Positions 9,448 to 18,545 are shown, numbered from the stretch's first letter. The stretch: 64,000 nucleotides of DNA from an uncultured archaeon (GCA_964353775.1 CAYGWB010000006.1:4718-68717), one strand, 5' to 3'. Program-made: numbers and translations. The notes: a model not told the origin generated them from the sequence alone.

Positions 9448-9970
9448 GTGACGTTAGGAATATTCCGTCCTGGAACACGCGTCTGTCCCGGTTCCGGATG
9501 AACGATGCGCGCTCTATGTTTGCCGCCGTGTGTCCGACCGCTTCGACGTCAGTACCTGTCACGGTTATCTCGTCTCCCTTCACTTCCACTTTGGTGTCGC
9601 CGACTATCACGGCCTTGCGTACTGCGCGCTCGCCGAGGAAGTTGCTTATCACGATATCCTTGCCGGAGACCTTGACCGTGAACGGGAAGTGCATGTAGAC
9701 CGACTTCAGCGTGTATTTGTAGCCGCCCGTAACTCCGGACATCATGTTGCGGACGTGGCTTGCTATGGTCCCAACCTCCGACTTTGTCTTTCGTCTCCAA
9801 GAGTCTGTCGATACCTTGACGCTGCTGTCGGTCTTCTGTATCGTTATCTCGCCTGCGAAAAGCGGCGAGCTGAAGTCACGCTCTAGCTTGCCCTTCTGCC
9901 CGCTGACAGAGACCTTGTTGCCGCTGACATCGACGGTCACACCCTTTGTTATCGCGACAGTTTTTTCCAT
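9440..9970 (-). CDS. rpl6: 50S ribosomal protein uL6
   Basis: HFP, NFLGER, AANIE, DRRVFQDGIF. Confidence 0.96.
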   Translation of the reverse strand: MEKTVAITKGVTVDVSGNKVSVSGQKGKLERDFSSPLFAGEITIQKTDSSVKVSTDSWRRKTKSEVGTIASHVRNMMSGVTGGYKYTLKSVYMHFPFTVKVSGKDIVISNFLGERAVRKAVIVGDTKVEVKGDEITVTGTDVEAVGHTAANIERASFIRNRDRRVFQDGIFLTSRG

Positions 9971-9978
9971 ACAGACAC

Positions 9979-10365
9979 CTAATACATGTACGCCAGCAGC
10001 TTGCCCCCCAATTTCTTCGATTTAGCATCCGTGTGCGTCATGATTCCGTTGCTTGTGCTGACTATCAACAGACCGAAACCTGCGGCCGGCAAGTAACGTT
10101 GCTCCCACTTCTCATAGCCGTCCGCCTTCACCGAGAAGCGCGGCCTGATCGCACCGCCGTTGTTTATGTTACCGAGCAACGCTATGCGCATCTTTCCGCC
10201 CCTGCGGTCGTCTATGAGTTCGAACTCACCGATGTAGCCTGCGGCCTGCAAAACGCGCAGCACGTCCCTTGCCATCTTTGACACGGGCACCATGGCTTCA
10301 CGCGAGCCGACCACATCTCCGTTCTTTATTGCGGACAAAACGTCCGAAAGTATATCATGTCTCAT
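9979..10365 (-). CDS. rps8: 30S ribosomal protein uS8
   Basis: GYIGEFELIDDRRGG, GAIRPRF, YLPAAGFG, GGKLLAY. Confidence 0.95.
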   Translation of the reverse strand: MRHDILSDVLSAIKNGDVVGSREAMVPVSKMARDVLRVLQAAGYIGEFELIDDRRGGKMRIALLGNINNGGAIRPRFSVKADGYEKWEQRYLPAAGFGLLIVSTSNGIMTHTDAKSKKLGGKLLAYMY

Positions 10366-10370
10366 ACTCA

Positions 10371-10529
10371 TCACGAATATTTTTTGAACCCTAGCGAAGC
10401 CGCGACCTCGCGGAAACATTGCCTGCAATAGTCCAGGCCGTACTTGCGTATCACGCCACCAGTACGACCGCAACGTCTGCAGACGTACTTGCCCTTTCCG
10501 AACTTTCTCTCCTTACGAACTGATTTCAT
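10371..10529 (-). CDS. rps14: 30S ribosomal protein uS14, Zn-binding (not in ORF track)
   Basis: [52 protein letters not shown]. Confidence 0.95.
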   Translation of the reverse strand: MKSVRKERKFGKGKYVCRRCGRTGGVIRKYGLDYCRQCFREVAASLGFKKYS

Positions 10530-10884
10530 TCTTTTCGACCTCGAATCTTTTGAAGCGCTCTGCGTTGAACGTCATCTTTTTGAAATAGCTGTCGGACAGA
10601 TCCATGTCCAACAGCTGCACCAGCTTTACCAAATAAATGAACATGTCCACGAGCTCCTCGCGCATTTTGTCCACGATTCCGTCCGGCAATTCGTTGCCTG
10701 CGTTGTGCTCGCGCGTTACTTTCTTGACCAGGTTGGCGAATTCGCCGATCTCGCCGGTCATTGCAACCACGCCCTTCTGCAGGTTCTCCACGTTCTGGCC
10801 GACATCCATTGACCAGTCCCAGGCCCAGCCGTGCGAACAGTCGAACTCTTTTTGGAACATCATTATCTCCTTGAGCTCTGTCAT
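10513..10884 (-). CDS. MazG-like / all-alpha NTP pyrophosphohydrolase inserted between rpl5 and rps14
   Basis: [12 protein letters not shown] and [10 protein letters not shown] acidic motifs; ATGA overlap with rpl5 stop. Confidence 0.85.
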   Translation of the reverse strand: MTELKEIMMFQKEFDCSHGWAWDWSMDVGQNVENLQKGVVAMTGEIGEFANLVKKVTREHNAGNELPDGIVDKMREELVDMFIYLVKLVQLLDMDLSDSYFKKMTFNAERFKRFEVEKNEISS

Positions 10885-11390
10885 TTTTCTTCCACCTTCA
10901 CTCCGAGATTTTTTACCGCCCAGTCCTGCGCCTCGTCCGATGTTATGCGGTGATTGTGACCTATTGTATGAGCGATGCGGACGCGACTGATCCTGTATCC
11001 GGGTCTTTCGAGCGTCACGCACACGTCCATGCCGAATATGCCTATGTCAGGATCATAACGCACGCCCGGCATGTCTATGTGTTCGCGCACGCCGAACGCA
11101 AAGTTGCCCTGCTTGTCGAAGCATGTACCAGGCAGCTTCGAATCTCGGGCGGCCAGCGCCTTGTTCAGGAATTCCAGTGCGGACTTGCCGCGCAGTGTGA
11201 CCTTGATGCCTATCGGCCGTCCCTTGGCCATGCCGAAGGTCGTGCGGCCATGCGTGGTCGTGACTACTACTTTCTTTCCGGAGAGCTTTTCTATGAGCTT
11301 CTTCGCGCGTTCGAGCTTCTCTCCGCTCTCTCCGCAACCTATGTTTAGCGTGACCTTTGCCACTCGGATTGTGCGATTGGGATTTGTCAT
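10881..11390 (-). CDS. rpl5: 50S ribosomal protein uL5
   Basis: KVTLNIGCGESG, IGIKVTLRG, YDPDIGIFGMDV. Confidence 0.96.
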   Translation of the reverse strand: MTNPNRTIRVAKVTLNIGCGESGEKLERAKKLIEKLSGKKVVVTTTHGRTTFGMAKGRPIGIKVTLRGKSALEFLNKALAARDSKLPGTCFDKQGNFAFGVREHIDMPGVRYDPDIGIFGMDVCVTLERPGYRISRVRIAHTIGHNHRITSDEAQDWAVKNLGVKVEEK

Positions 11391-11391
11391 A

Positions 11392-12075
11392 TCACTCACT
11401 CAATTTTACGGCCGGTTGTTCCTTTCCGACAACGAATGCCGCATCTATCGGCGCCTCGAATTTTTTATCGCCTATAGTCAGCCAGACACGGTCGAGCTGT
11501 CTTTCTATTTTATCGAGACGGGCGATGGAACCTGCTCGCCCGCCTTTTGTGACGAGCACCGGAACGCCAGGTTCGAACTTGAAATGTTCCACCACCTTCT
11601 GTTCAGGCAGTTCAATCATAAGGGTGTCATTGACCGCGCACTTCATGTCAGACAGCATGTTGCGACCGTCGTGCAACGAGAGCTGGAGCTTCCCACCGCG
11701 AACATTGCGCTTGCCGATTATGCGGCAGAGCTTGAGCTTGCTGTCAGCCCCGCCGATCTTCACGAGCCAGAGGCGACGACCAGGGACAGCCCGCCACGTA
11801 CCGACACCTGAGATGTCGATTATGTCCATCGGCCCGACGCCGTACTTGACATCGCGCATCGGCCTACCGTCGACCGAGACCTTCGAAGCCTTTATGATGT
11901 GTCGCGCCTCTTTCGCAGTTGACGCGAGCTCGAGTATGTTGCGGATTATGACAGTGAGCGGGAGGCTTGCTGTCTGCGCGTGCGGACCGCGCGGGACCAC
12001 TACGAACTTCTTTGCCTTCCTGTCTATCGGCCACCAGGCCGGTGATGCTAGTCTTTCAAGCCATCTTCGTGTCAT
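11392..12075 (-). CDS. rps4e: 30S ribosomal protein S4e
   Basis: RLASPAWWPI, PRGPH, VDGR, LHDGRN. Confidence 0.95.
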   Translation of the reverse strand: MTRRWLERLASPAWWPIDRKAKKFVVVPRGPHAQTASLPLTVIIRNILELASTAKEARHIIKASKVSVDGRPMRDVKYGVGPMDIIDISGVGTWRAVPGRRLWLVKIGGADSKLKLCRIIGKRNVRGGKLQLSLHDGRNMLSDMKCAVNDTLMIELPEQKVVEHFKFEPGVPVLVTKGGRAGSIARLDKIERQLDRVWLTIGDKKFEAPIDAAFVVGKEQPAVKLSE

Positions 12076-12077
12076 GT

Positions 12078-12449
12078 TTACACCTTTTTATTGATCGCTC
12101 GCTCGATTACGGCCTTTCGATGCTTGTCATCGAGCACCGGATTGATTATCAACAGTTTTGAGGGTTTGAGAGGCACTGGCACTTCTTGACCGGACACCTT
12201 CTTCCTCTTTATGCCTTCTATGAACACTGTGAGCTTCTTCATGTCCACGTCCGACACCTTGCCAGTTACGCCGCTGTATTTTCCGCGCATGACCTTCACC
12301 TCGTCGCCTTTCCTGACCGGTAGGCTACGCTTGCCGAACTGCTTTATCAGCTGGCGGGACAGGTGTGCAGCAACGAACTTGTGCCTAGTGTGCATGTTCG
12401 CCTGATACAGCGCCTTTCTTTGCTTGCCAGGATTCTTTGATATCATCAT
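12078..12449 (-). CDS. rpl24: 50S ribosomal protein uL24
   Basis: PGKQRK, RSLPVRKGDEVKVMRG. Confidence 0.95.
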   Translation of the reverse strand: MMISKNPGKQRKALYQANMHTRHKFVAAHLSRQLIKQFGKRSLPVRKGDEVKVMRGKYSGVTGKVSDVDMKKLTVFIEGIKRKKVSGQEVPVPLKPSKLLIINPVLDDKHRKAVIERAINKKV

Positions 12450-12844
12450 ACCACCATGGACGCTATCTTTCCGATAGCGGACCAGCGTTCGACGACCTCT
12501 TTGGCTATCGGTCCCTTGATGCGCGTGCCGCGCGGCTCTCCCTTCTCGTTCACGAGCACCACAGCATTGTCCTCGAAAGCGATATGCATGCCGTTCGGCC
12601 GCCTGTACTGCATGGCCGTACGGACGATGACCGCCATAACTACCTCATGCCTCATCTTCGGGTCGCCCTTCTTGACAGCGCATATCACCATGTCCGCTAT
12701 GCCTGCTGCAGGACGTCTTCGTGCGACACCGTGCATTCCCTTGACAGATATTATCTGCACTACAGAAGCGCCGCTGTTGTCCGCGCACTTCAGGTTGCTA
12801 CCCATCTGCAGGCCGCGCGACAGTGTTGCTGTTATTGACTTCAT
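12446..12844 (-). CDS. rpl14: 50S ribosomal protein uL14
   Basis: CADNSGA, VKKG, FEDNAVV, IKGPIAKE. Confidence 0.96.
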   Translation of the reverse strand: MKSITATLSRGLQMGSNLKCADNSGASVVQIISVKGMHGVARRRPAAGIADMVICAVKKGDPKMRHEVVMAVIVRTAMQYRRPNGMHIAFEDNAVVLVNEKGEPRGTRIKGPIAKEVVERWSAIGKIASMVV

Positions 12845-12846
12845 GA

Positions 12847-13197
12847 TCATAACCTCTCTATTACGACGAACGATTTCGTCTTGCTTACAGGTCGGCACTC
12901 CGCTATTCGGACCTTGTCGCCGACCTTCGTGCCTATGCACAACGGATTATGAACTGCGATGTGGCTGTGACGCCTCTCGTACCTCTCGTATTTCTGTATG
13001 TAGAAAGGATATTCCCATTCCACTATCGCTGTGCGTGGTGCTTTTACCTTCACAACCTTTCCGACGAACTGCCTGCCGCGGAGGCTGAGCGTGCCGTGCC
13101 AAGGGCACATCTTTTCGGTGCAGCTGCCAGTAGGCGCCTTCGCATCCAGCCCGATGTTCCTATGCCCGTTCGCTTTGACTTGTTTTGTCGATCTCAT
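12847..13197 (-). CDS. rps17: 30S ribosomal protein uS17
   Basis: CPWHG, KYERYERR, ECRPVSKTKSFVV. Confidence 0.96.
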   Translation of the reverse strand: MRSTKQVKANGHRNIGLDAKAPTGSCTEKMCPWHGTLSLRGRQFVGKVVKVKAPRTAIVEWEYPFYIQKYERYERRHSHIAVHNPLCIGTKVGDKVRIAECRPVSKTKSFVVIERL

Positions 13198-13198
13198 G

Positions 13199-13477
13199 TC
13201 ACCACTTTTTCCTTTTCGTTTTCATACGTTTTTCCGGGCGGCCGGCGAGCATTTTTCCGTCGACCGCGACCCTCTTTCCGTCAGGTAGTGTGAATATGAA
13301 CCGTGTTCCGTTCTTCGGAATTTTTTTCTTTCCGTTCTCGGTCTCCAGTTCCAGTATGCCTTTGCTCTCCTCGACCACTGTGCCTCGGATGCCGATGAGC
13401 GCGGTGTTGTTGCTCGCATCCACCTCGGCCACGAGCCCCTTCAGCTCATGCTTCAGCATCGTGCTCGGTGTCAGCAT
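13199..13477 (-). CDS. rnp1: Ribonuclease P protein subunit Rpp29
   Basis: HELKGL, GIRGTVVEES, IPK, GRPEKR; canonical position before rps17. Confidence 0.9.
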   Translation of the reverse strand: MLTPSTMLKHELKGLVAEVDASNNTALIGIRGTVVEESKGILELETENGKKKIPKNGTRFIFTLPDGKRVAVDGKMLAGRPEKRMKTKRKKW

Positions 13478-13478
13478 G

Positions 13479-13784
13479 CTACTCCGTCTCTATCTGCGAT
13501 TCGGCGAAGCCTGATGCGATGAGCAGTCTCTTCACCTTGTCGGTGTGCTCACCCTGCAGCTCTATCTTGTTGTCTTTGAAGGTTCCGCCGCAGGCCAGCT
13601 TTGATTTCAGTTTGCTTGCGAGCTCCTTCGGGTTCGCTTCCTTTTCCACGCCTTCCACCACGGTCACCCATTTCCCGAACGATCGCTTGACCGTGTATAT
13701 CTTTATCTTCGCTGCTTCCTTCGCCATTGCACCGCAGACGCACAGATCCTTTGGAAGACCGCACGTCTTGCATATTTCTACCAG
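13479..13784 (-). CDS. sui1: Translation initiation factor aIF1/SUI1, CUG start
   Basis: (CTG)VEICKTCGLPKDLCVC Zn-knuckle, LKSKLACGGTFK, IELQGEH; GGAGGT SD 7 nt upstream of CTG. Confidence 0.92.
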   Translation of the reverse strand: MVEICKTCGLPKDLCVCGAMAKEAAKIKIYTVKRSFGKWVTVVEGVEKEANPKELASKLKSKLACGGTFKDNKIELQGEHTDKVKRLLIASGFAESQIETE

Positions 13785-14003
13785 CTATACGACCTCCTTT
13801 GTTTTTTTCTCTCTCTGTGATAGTTCAGTGAGTATCCTTGCTACCGCCCGCTTGCTCTCGCTGAGCCTGCCGGGGTTGGTTGGCGCTGCGCCGACAGCCG
13901 AGTGACCGCGCTCTTTCGCGATTTCGAGCCGTAGCTCGGCGAGACGCTTTGCAAGCTCGTCCGTCGCGAGCTCATGGACGGTCCTGCGCTTAATCACTGC
14001 CAC
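13785..14003 (-). CDS. rpl29: 50S ribosomal protein uL29
   Basis: LAELRLE, NPGR, KRAVARILT. Confidence 0.92.
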   Translation of the reverse strand: MAVIKRRTVHELATDELAKRLAELRLEIAKERGHSAVGAAPTNPGRLSESKRAVARILTELSQREKKTKEVV

Positions 14004-14607
14004 GCTCGTCCCCCTCCGTTGTCATCAGCTTTTCCACCGCGATCTCGGTCGGCGGTTTGATAAGTATTCGGACCTGGATGCCTATGGTTCCCATCTTTAC
14101 TTGGGCTGAAGCATAGGATATCAGGACATCACGCGCCGCCGGCTCGCCTGAATATTTCAGGTAGCCTGTGCTGAACTTCTCGACACGCGATATCTCTCCG
14201 CCCATCTTGCCAGCGATGCGTATCGCTACACCGGCTGCACCGGCGTCGATGACGCGCTGCATCGAAAGGTGCGCGATGCGCTTGTAGTTGATTCCGCGTT
14301 CAAGTGCGGAAGCGATCGACTTCGCCACTATCGCCGGGTCCAAGTCCGGCTCAGCGACCTCCTGTATCTCCAGTTGCGGGTTCTCTATTCCGAATTTCTC
14401 CTTGAGCGTTGTGGTCAGCAGGTCGATGTTCCTTCCGCCACGACCGATGATCATGCCGGGCTTGTGCGCCCAGATGGTTATTCTCATGGCCATCGGTGTC
14501 CTTGCGATCTCGCTGTGACTGTAACCGGCGCGGGCGAACTCCTTCTCCAGGAATTCCTCTATCTGCGCGCGCCTCTGTGCCTCGACTATGAACTGTCTTT
14601 CCTTCAT
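13990..14607 (-). CDS. rps3: 30S ribosomal protein uS3
   Basis: RAGYS, PGMIIGRGG KH motif, ALERG, GYLKYSG. Confidence 0.96.
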   Translation of the reverse strand: MKERQFIVEAQRRAQIEEFLEKEFARAGYSHSEIARTPMAMRITIWAHKPGMIIGRGGRNIDLLTTTLKEKFGIENPQLEIQEVAEPDLDPAIVAKSIASALERGINYKRIAHLSMQRVIDAGAAGVAIRIAGKMGGEISRVEKFSTGYLKYSGEPAARDVLISYASAQVKMGTIGIQVRILIKPPTEIAVEKLMTTEGDERGSD

Positions 14608-14611
14608 CCAA

Positions 14612-15019
14612 TCACTTCTTCTCTTCCTTCTTCTTCACCGGCTTGAGCACGGTTTGAACATGAACTATCTTGATTCGCATGCCGAACTTTCTCTTCCGCC
14701 TTCCGCGGTACAGTCTCGGTCCCTGGTGCGCGGAAGCGAACAGCTGCATCGTCTCCGGATCGAGGGACTTCTGTCGAGCATTTGCCGCTAGCGTGTCGAG
14801 CAGTTTTGAAATCTGCGACGCGGCCTTTGAGTAGTATTTGCCTTTCCATCTTCCGCTGAGCGGTCGCTCCTGTTCGGCCAGGGCATCTACCAGGACCTTC
14901 GCGTCCTTCCAGCTCTTCCTGTTGACCGTCTTGCATATCACCAATGCGTGTTTCGGCGATACGCTGAGTGTGCCTTTCGCCTTGGCCATTTCCTTTGTTA
15001 CTTGCATGGTGTATGACAT
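14612..15019 (-). CDS. rpl22: 50S ribosomal protein uL22
   Basis: VSPKHALVIC, GKYYSKAA, ANA; position between rps19 and rps3. Confidence 0.9.
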   Translation of the reverse strand: MSYTMQVTKEMAKAKGTLSVSPKHALVICKTVNRKSWKDAKVLVDALAEQERPLSGRWKGKYYSKAASQISKLLDTLAANARQKSLDPETMQLFASAHQGPRLYRGRRKRKFGMRIKIVHVQTVLKPVKKKEEKK

Positions 15020-15024
15020 AATCA

Positions 15025-15405
15025 TCACTTCAACGGCAGGAACTTGCTGCTCTTTGTTGCACCGACACCTGGTGCGCTGTGCATGACGCGCCTGCGCGTC
15101 TGCGCGAACTCACCTAGGCGATGACCGAGCATCTCAGGTCGGATGTCGATCGCGATCCACTCCTTTCCTGCATATAGCAGTATTCGTTTTCCTATCATCT
15201 CCGGAATTATGACTATCTCGCGGATGTGCGTACGCACGGGCTTCTTGGCCTCCCTGAGCTTCTCCAGCAATTTCTTCTGAATCGGGTTGAACCCTCGCAA
15301 CAGGGTGCGTCGCTGTCTTGAGGGCAGCATCTTCGCGAAATCCTCCAGACTGACAGTAGCCAATTCTTCTACAGTCTTTCCTTTTAGTGTGAATATCTTC
15401 GCCAT
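15025..15405 (-). CDS. rps19: 30S ribosomal protein uS19
   Basis: LPSRQRRTLLRG, RTHIR, MLGHRLGEF, PGVGATKSS. Confidence 0.96.
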   Translation of the reverse strand: MAKIFTLKGKTVEELATVSLEDFAKMLPSRQRRTLLRGFNPIQKKLLEKLREAKKPVRTHIREIVIIPEMIGKRILLYAGKEWIAIDIRPEMLGHRLGEFAQTRRRVMHSAPGVGATKSSKFLPLK

Positions 15406-15413
15406 TATGACAC

Positions 15414-16109
15414 CTACTTCTTTCTCCTTCCAGTTCGCCTGCTCGCTACCGAACCGACCTTGGCGCCTGGCGGTGCCCACCTGCTGATGCTCTTAGGTGT
15501 TCCTGGCTTGGTCTTACCGCCGAACGGATGGTCCACCGGGTTCATCTTGCAGGCCGAACTGCGCGGCCACAATCGGTTTCGTGCCTGCGCGGCATAGAAA
15601 CCCTGACCGGCCTTGACGAAAGGCTTGTCCTCGCGTCCGCCGCCTGCGGCTATGCCCACGGTCGCAAGACAGCTCGGATTCAGCGTCTTGAATGCACGAG
15701 AAGGCAGTTGTATTATGACCTTGTCAGGATCCTGGGAAATAAGAACAGCATGGCTGCCGGCTCCGTTGCAGAGCTGAGGCCCGTAGCCTGGGATGTTCTC
15801 GATTGCAAAAAGATAAGCACCCTTCGGTATTGATGCCACCGGCAGCACGTTACCTGCGTTCGCATTTCCTTTTCCGACTTCGATGGCATCCCCAACCTTT
15901 GTTCCTTCAGCTGCAATAACGAGCTTATGCAATCCGTTCGATAGCTTCAGAACAGCAATCGGCGCGTCCCTGCCTGCATCATGTATTATGTCAACGACGG
16001 TTACAGTGCCGGCACTCGGATAGCTGATTTTTCCTGCGTAGCGATGGCTAGGCGCACGATAACGCGGCCCGCCGGCCCCTCTCGCTCGTTGGATTATTCG
16101 CTTACCCAT
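15414..16109 (-). CDS. rpl2: 50S ribosomal protein uL2
   Basis: MGKRIIQRARG, KPFVKAG, MNPVDHPFGG, RRTGRR. Confidence 0.96.
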   Translation of the reverse strand: MGKRIIQRARGAGGPRYRAPSHRYAGKISYPSAGTVTVVDIIHDAGRDAPIAVLKLSNGLHKLVIAAEGTKVGDAIEVGKGNANAGNVLPVASIPKGAYLFAIENIPGYGPQLCNGAGSHAVLISQDPDKVIIQLPSRAFKTLNPSCLATVGIAAGGGREDKPFVKAGQGFYAAQARNRLWPRSSACKMNPVDHPFGGKTKPGTPKSISRWAPPGAKVGSVASRRTGRRKK

Positions 16110-16110
16110 C

Positions 16111-16347
16111 TCATCCGCCTCTTCCTATGCCGATTTCGTTCTTGATCTCGGTATAAATCTTATATGCGATACTGTCCAGTTTTGATGTGCTGAGCAGACA
16201 GTAGCCTTTGCCGCACACATTGTTCTCACTGAGCTTTCTGCCTATGATGGCGTTCGTCTCTTCTGTCGCAGGTATGTTGTCGCCTTCCAACATATCTTGC
16301 ACACTCTCACCCACATACTGCGAGCTGCACTTTCCATCGCACATCAT
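16111..16347 (-). CDS. 78-aa Cys-containing hypothetical protein inserted between rpl23 and rpl2
   Basis: MMCDGKCSSQ...NVCGKGYCLL...GRGG*; ATGA overlap with rpl23 stop, stop 1 nt before rpl2 ATG. Confidence 0.7.
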   Translation of the reverse strand: MMCDGKCSSQYVGESVQDMLEGDNIPATEETNAIIGRKLSENNVCGKGYCLLSTSKLDSIAYKIYTEIKNEIGIGRGG

Positions 16348-16649
16348 AACATACCGAACCTCGTTGCCACGTCCATGGCCGGGAAATCCTTTGTGAACTT
16401 GATGACGGCCTTCTTTCGGCCCTTCTGGTCGATGGTCGTCTGGACGGATGCGACCTTCACGCCTAGCGCATGTTCGGCCGCCCATCTTATCTGCTTCTTG
16501 TTCGCACTGCGCCTGACTATGAACACCAACCTGTTTTCTGTCTCGACGCGGCTCAGCGATTTCTCTGTCAGCAACGGATACTGCAGTATCTGCCACGGTT
16601 CGCCCGTCAGCGTCTTCTCCTTTGCCTTTACTTTCTTTTTCTCTGCCAT
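16344..16649 (-). CDS. rpl23: 50S ribosomal protein uL23
   Basis: YPLLTEKS, NRLVFIV, ANKKQI, KKAVI. Confidence 0.95.
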   Translation of the reverse strand: MAEKKKVKAKEKTLTGEPWQILQYPLLTEKSLSRVETENRLVFIVRRSANKKQIRWAAEHALGVKVASVQTTIDQKGRKKAVIKFTKDFPAMDVATRFGML

Positions 16650-16654
16650 GATCA

Positions 16655-17446
16655 TCACTTGTACGTCTTGTTCAGCTGCTCAAGCGCGGCCTTTGACCAT
16701 ATCGTCAGCCGGCCGGCATGTCCGCCAGGAGCCAACAGCTCGACGTTCAGACCGCTGATTGTGCAGACGTCGACTCCAGGCAAGTTTCCGGCTTTGCAGA
16801 CGCCCTCGTCCTTACCGACGACGATGAGCACGGACTTCTTCTGCTTGTACTTCCTGCCGCGCATCTTGCCCTTTCCCGGCCTGACCCTCTTGTCTGCAGC
16901 TCTCGACATTTCTTTTTCGAGTTTGAGCGAGAGCAATGCTTTCGCCAGCTGCTTAGTCTTTGAAACCTTTTGAATATCATCTTCAACAACGATCGGAAGT
17001 TCCATATCGGTCGTCTTATGTGCGCGGCCTGCGACAATGTTTTGGTGCGCGGTCGCCGCTATTGCGGATGCGAGCGCGAGCTTTCTTTCCTTGTCGTTTA
17101 TTTTCTGTGCCCATATCTTCTCGACCTTCGGCGGGTGGGCCTCCCTTCCGCCCCTTGCCTGCGGGGCGAACCTTTCCCTAAAGTCCTGACCAGGGCTGCT
17201 GCCGTAAACACGGGGGCCTCGGGCCATCTCGCGGTTCTGCATGCAACCGAAGCCTCGACGGGCTCCGCGGAAGTGAGCGGACGTTCGCTTGCCTGCCAGA
17301 GGGTCGACGCCGTACGGTTGTCTCCTGTTCGCCTGAGAAGCGAGAACGGCCCGCTGAATCAAGTCAGGTCGGTAAGTCGTGGAGAATACCTTCGGTAGCT
17401 TGACGTCGCCTTTTGCGCTGCCGTTGATATCATATACCTTTACCAT
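16655..17446 (-). CDS. rpl4: 50S ribosomal protein uL4
   Basis: RPDLIQRAV, GGREAHPPK, GKGKMRGR, LAPGGHAGRLTIW. Confidence 0.96.
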   Translation of the reverse strand: MVKVYDINGSAKGDVKLPKVFSTTYRPDLIQRAVLASQANRRQPYGVDPLAGKRTSAHFRGARRGFGCMQNREMARGPRVYGSSPGQDFRERFAPQARGGREAHPPKVEKIWAQKINDKERKLALASAIAATAHQNIVAGRAHKTTDMELPIVVEDDIQKVSKTKQLAKALLSLKLEKEMSRAADKRVRPGKGKMRGRKYKQKKSVLIVVGKDEGVCKAGNLPGVDVCTISGLNVELLAPGGHAGRLTIWSKAALEQLNKTYK

Positions 17447-18421
17447 TTAGACACCTTGCATGCTAGCTACTGATATTGATTTTAAGTCAACAGGATGTTT
17501 TGCTTTCGGTGGTCGCATAGCTGCGCGCAACCTGATCAGACGCTTGGTCGGACCTGGTACGCTGCCTGTGAGCACAAGATAATCGGCCTGAACTTTTCCA
17601 TACCTCAACCAGTCACCGGACGGATTGATGTCCGTACCGGAGCCTATCTTCAACACGCGCTTGTTCAGGTCCGTGCGAGTGAAGAAGCCGAGCTGTCCGG
17701 ACTGAGGGACAGTGTGCCTGACCTTGCCAGGCTCGGTCGTTCCTAGAGAACCGACGTGACGCTGCATCTGCTGCGCCTTTCGCCTGAATATCTTAACACC
17801 GAACCTCTTCACCGGTCCTTGGAAGCCCTTGCCTTTCGTTACGGCGATTGCGTCCACGAAGTCGCCTGGCTTGAAAATATCCGCCAATTTTATTTCCTTT
17901 CCTGCAACAGACTTCGCGTATTCTAGCTGCTTGTCTATCGAACCGCCGATCGCTATCTCGAAAATCTCCGGCCTCTTCTTGAAAGTCGGCTTGGTATGCG
18001 AAAGCAGCCTGATGCATGAGATGTTCTTCAGTTGGTCGCCTTTCTTTGCCTGATCCATCGTCTTCGATATCTTTGGCAAAGGTATCTTGCGACCAAGATT
18101 CTTAGATAATTTGTCTGCAATGACATCGACGGAAGAAACAGAATGTGCGCCATCGCGCGTATATACGCGGTAACCGAAAATCATGAGCGGCGGACATTCA
18201 AGCACGGTGACGGGCGTTGCCCTCGGCTGGCCCTTGATCCGCGAGTTCGGGTTCGTCTCGATGAGCATGGCATGTGACATGCCGGCCTTCCATCCGGCGA
18301 ACCCTAAAGGCTTGACGTCTGCGACGGCGGGCCAGCTCGTTATGGCAGGATAGATACGACTAGCTCTTGTTCGTGGCCAGTAACCGTGACTGCCGCGTAG
18401 CGGCCGTCTCATATTTGGCAT
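17447..18421 (-). CDS. rpl3: 50S ribosomal protein uL3
   Basis: GWKAGMSH, TKGKGFQGPVKRFG, GSVPGPTKR. Confidence 0.96.
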   Translation of the reverse strand: MPNMRRPLRGSHGYWPRTRASRIYPAITSWPAVADVKPLGFAGWKAGMSHAMLIETNPNSRIKGQPRATPVTVLECPPLMIFGYRVYTRDGAHSVSSVDVIADKLSKNLGRKIPLPKISKTMDQAKKGDQLKNISCIRLLSHTKPTFKKRPEIFEIAIGGSIDKQLEYAKSVAGKEIKLADIFKPGDFVDAIAVTKGKGFQGPVKRFGVKIFRRKAQQMQRHVGSLGTTEPGKVRHTVPQSGQLGFFTRTDLNKRVLKIGSGTDINPSGDWLRYGKVQADYLVLTGSVPGPTKRLIRLRAAMRPPKAKHPVDLKSISVASMQGV

Positions 18422-18534
18422 TTTCTACCTTTCTCCCTGAGTTATTTAAAGGACATACGTCCGTCTGTTGCTTCCCTTCCAAGAACACGTAGTGAATCGC
18501 ACGAAAACTTTCCAAGCAAAGTAGCGTACGAGAG

Positions 18535-18545
18535 TATTTAAAGCT
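18535..18545 (-). promoter_or_regulatory. Archaeal TATA box upstream of the rpl3 (S10/spc) operon leader
   Basis: Minus-strand GCTTTAAATAC just downstream of tRNA-Ser, about 115 nt upstream of rpl3 ATG. Confidence 0.5.
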
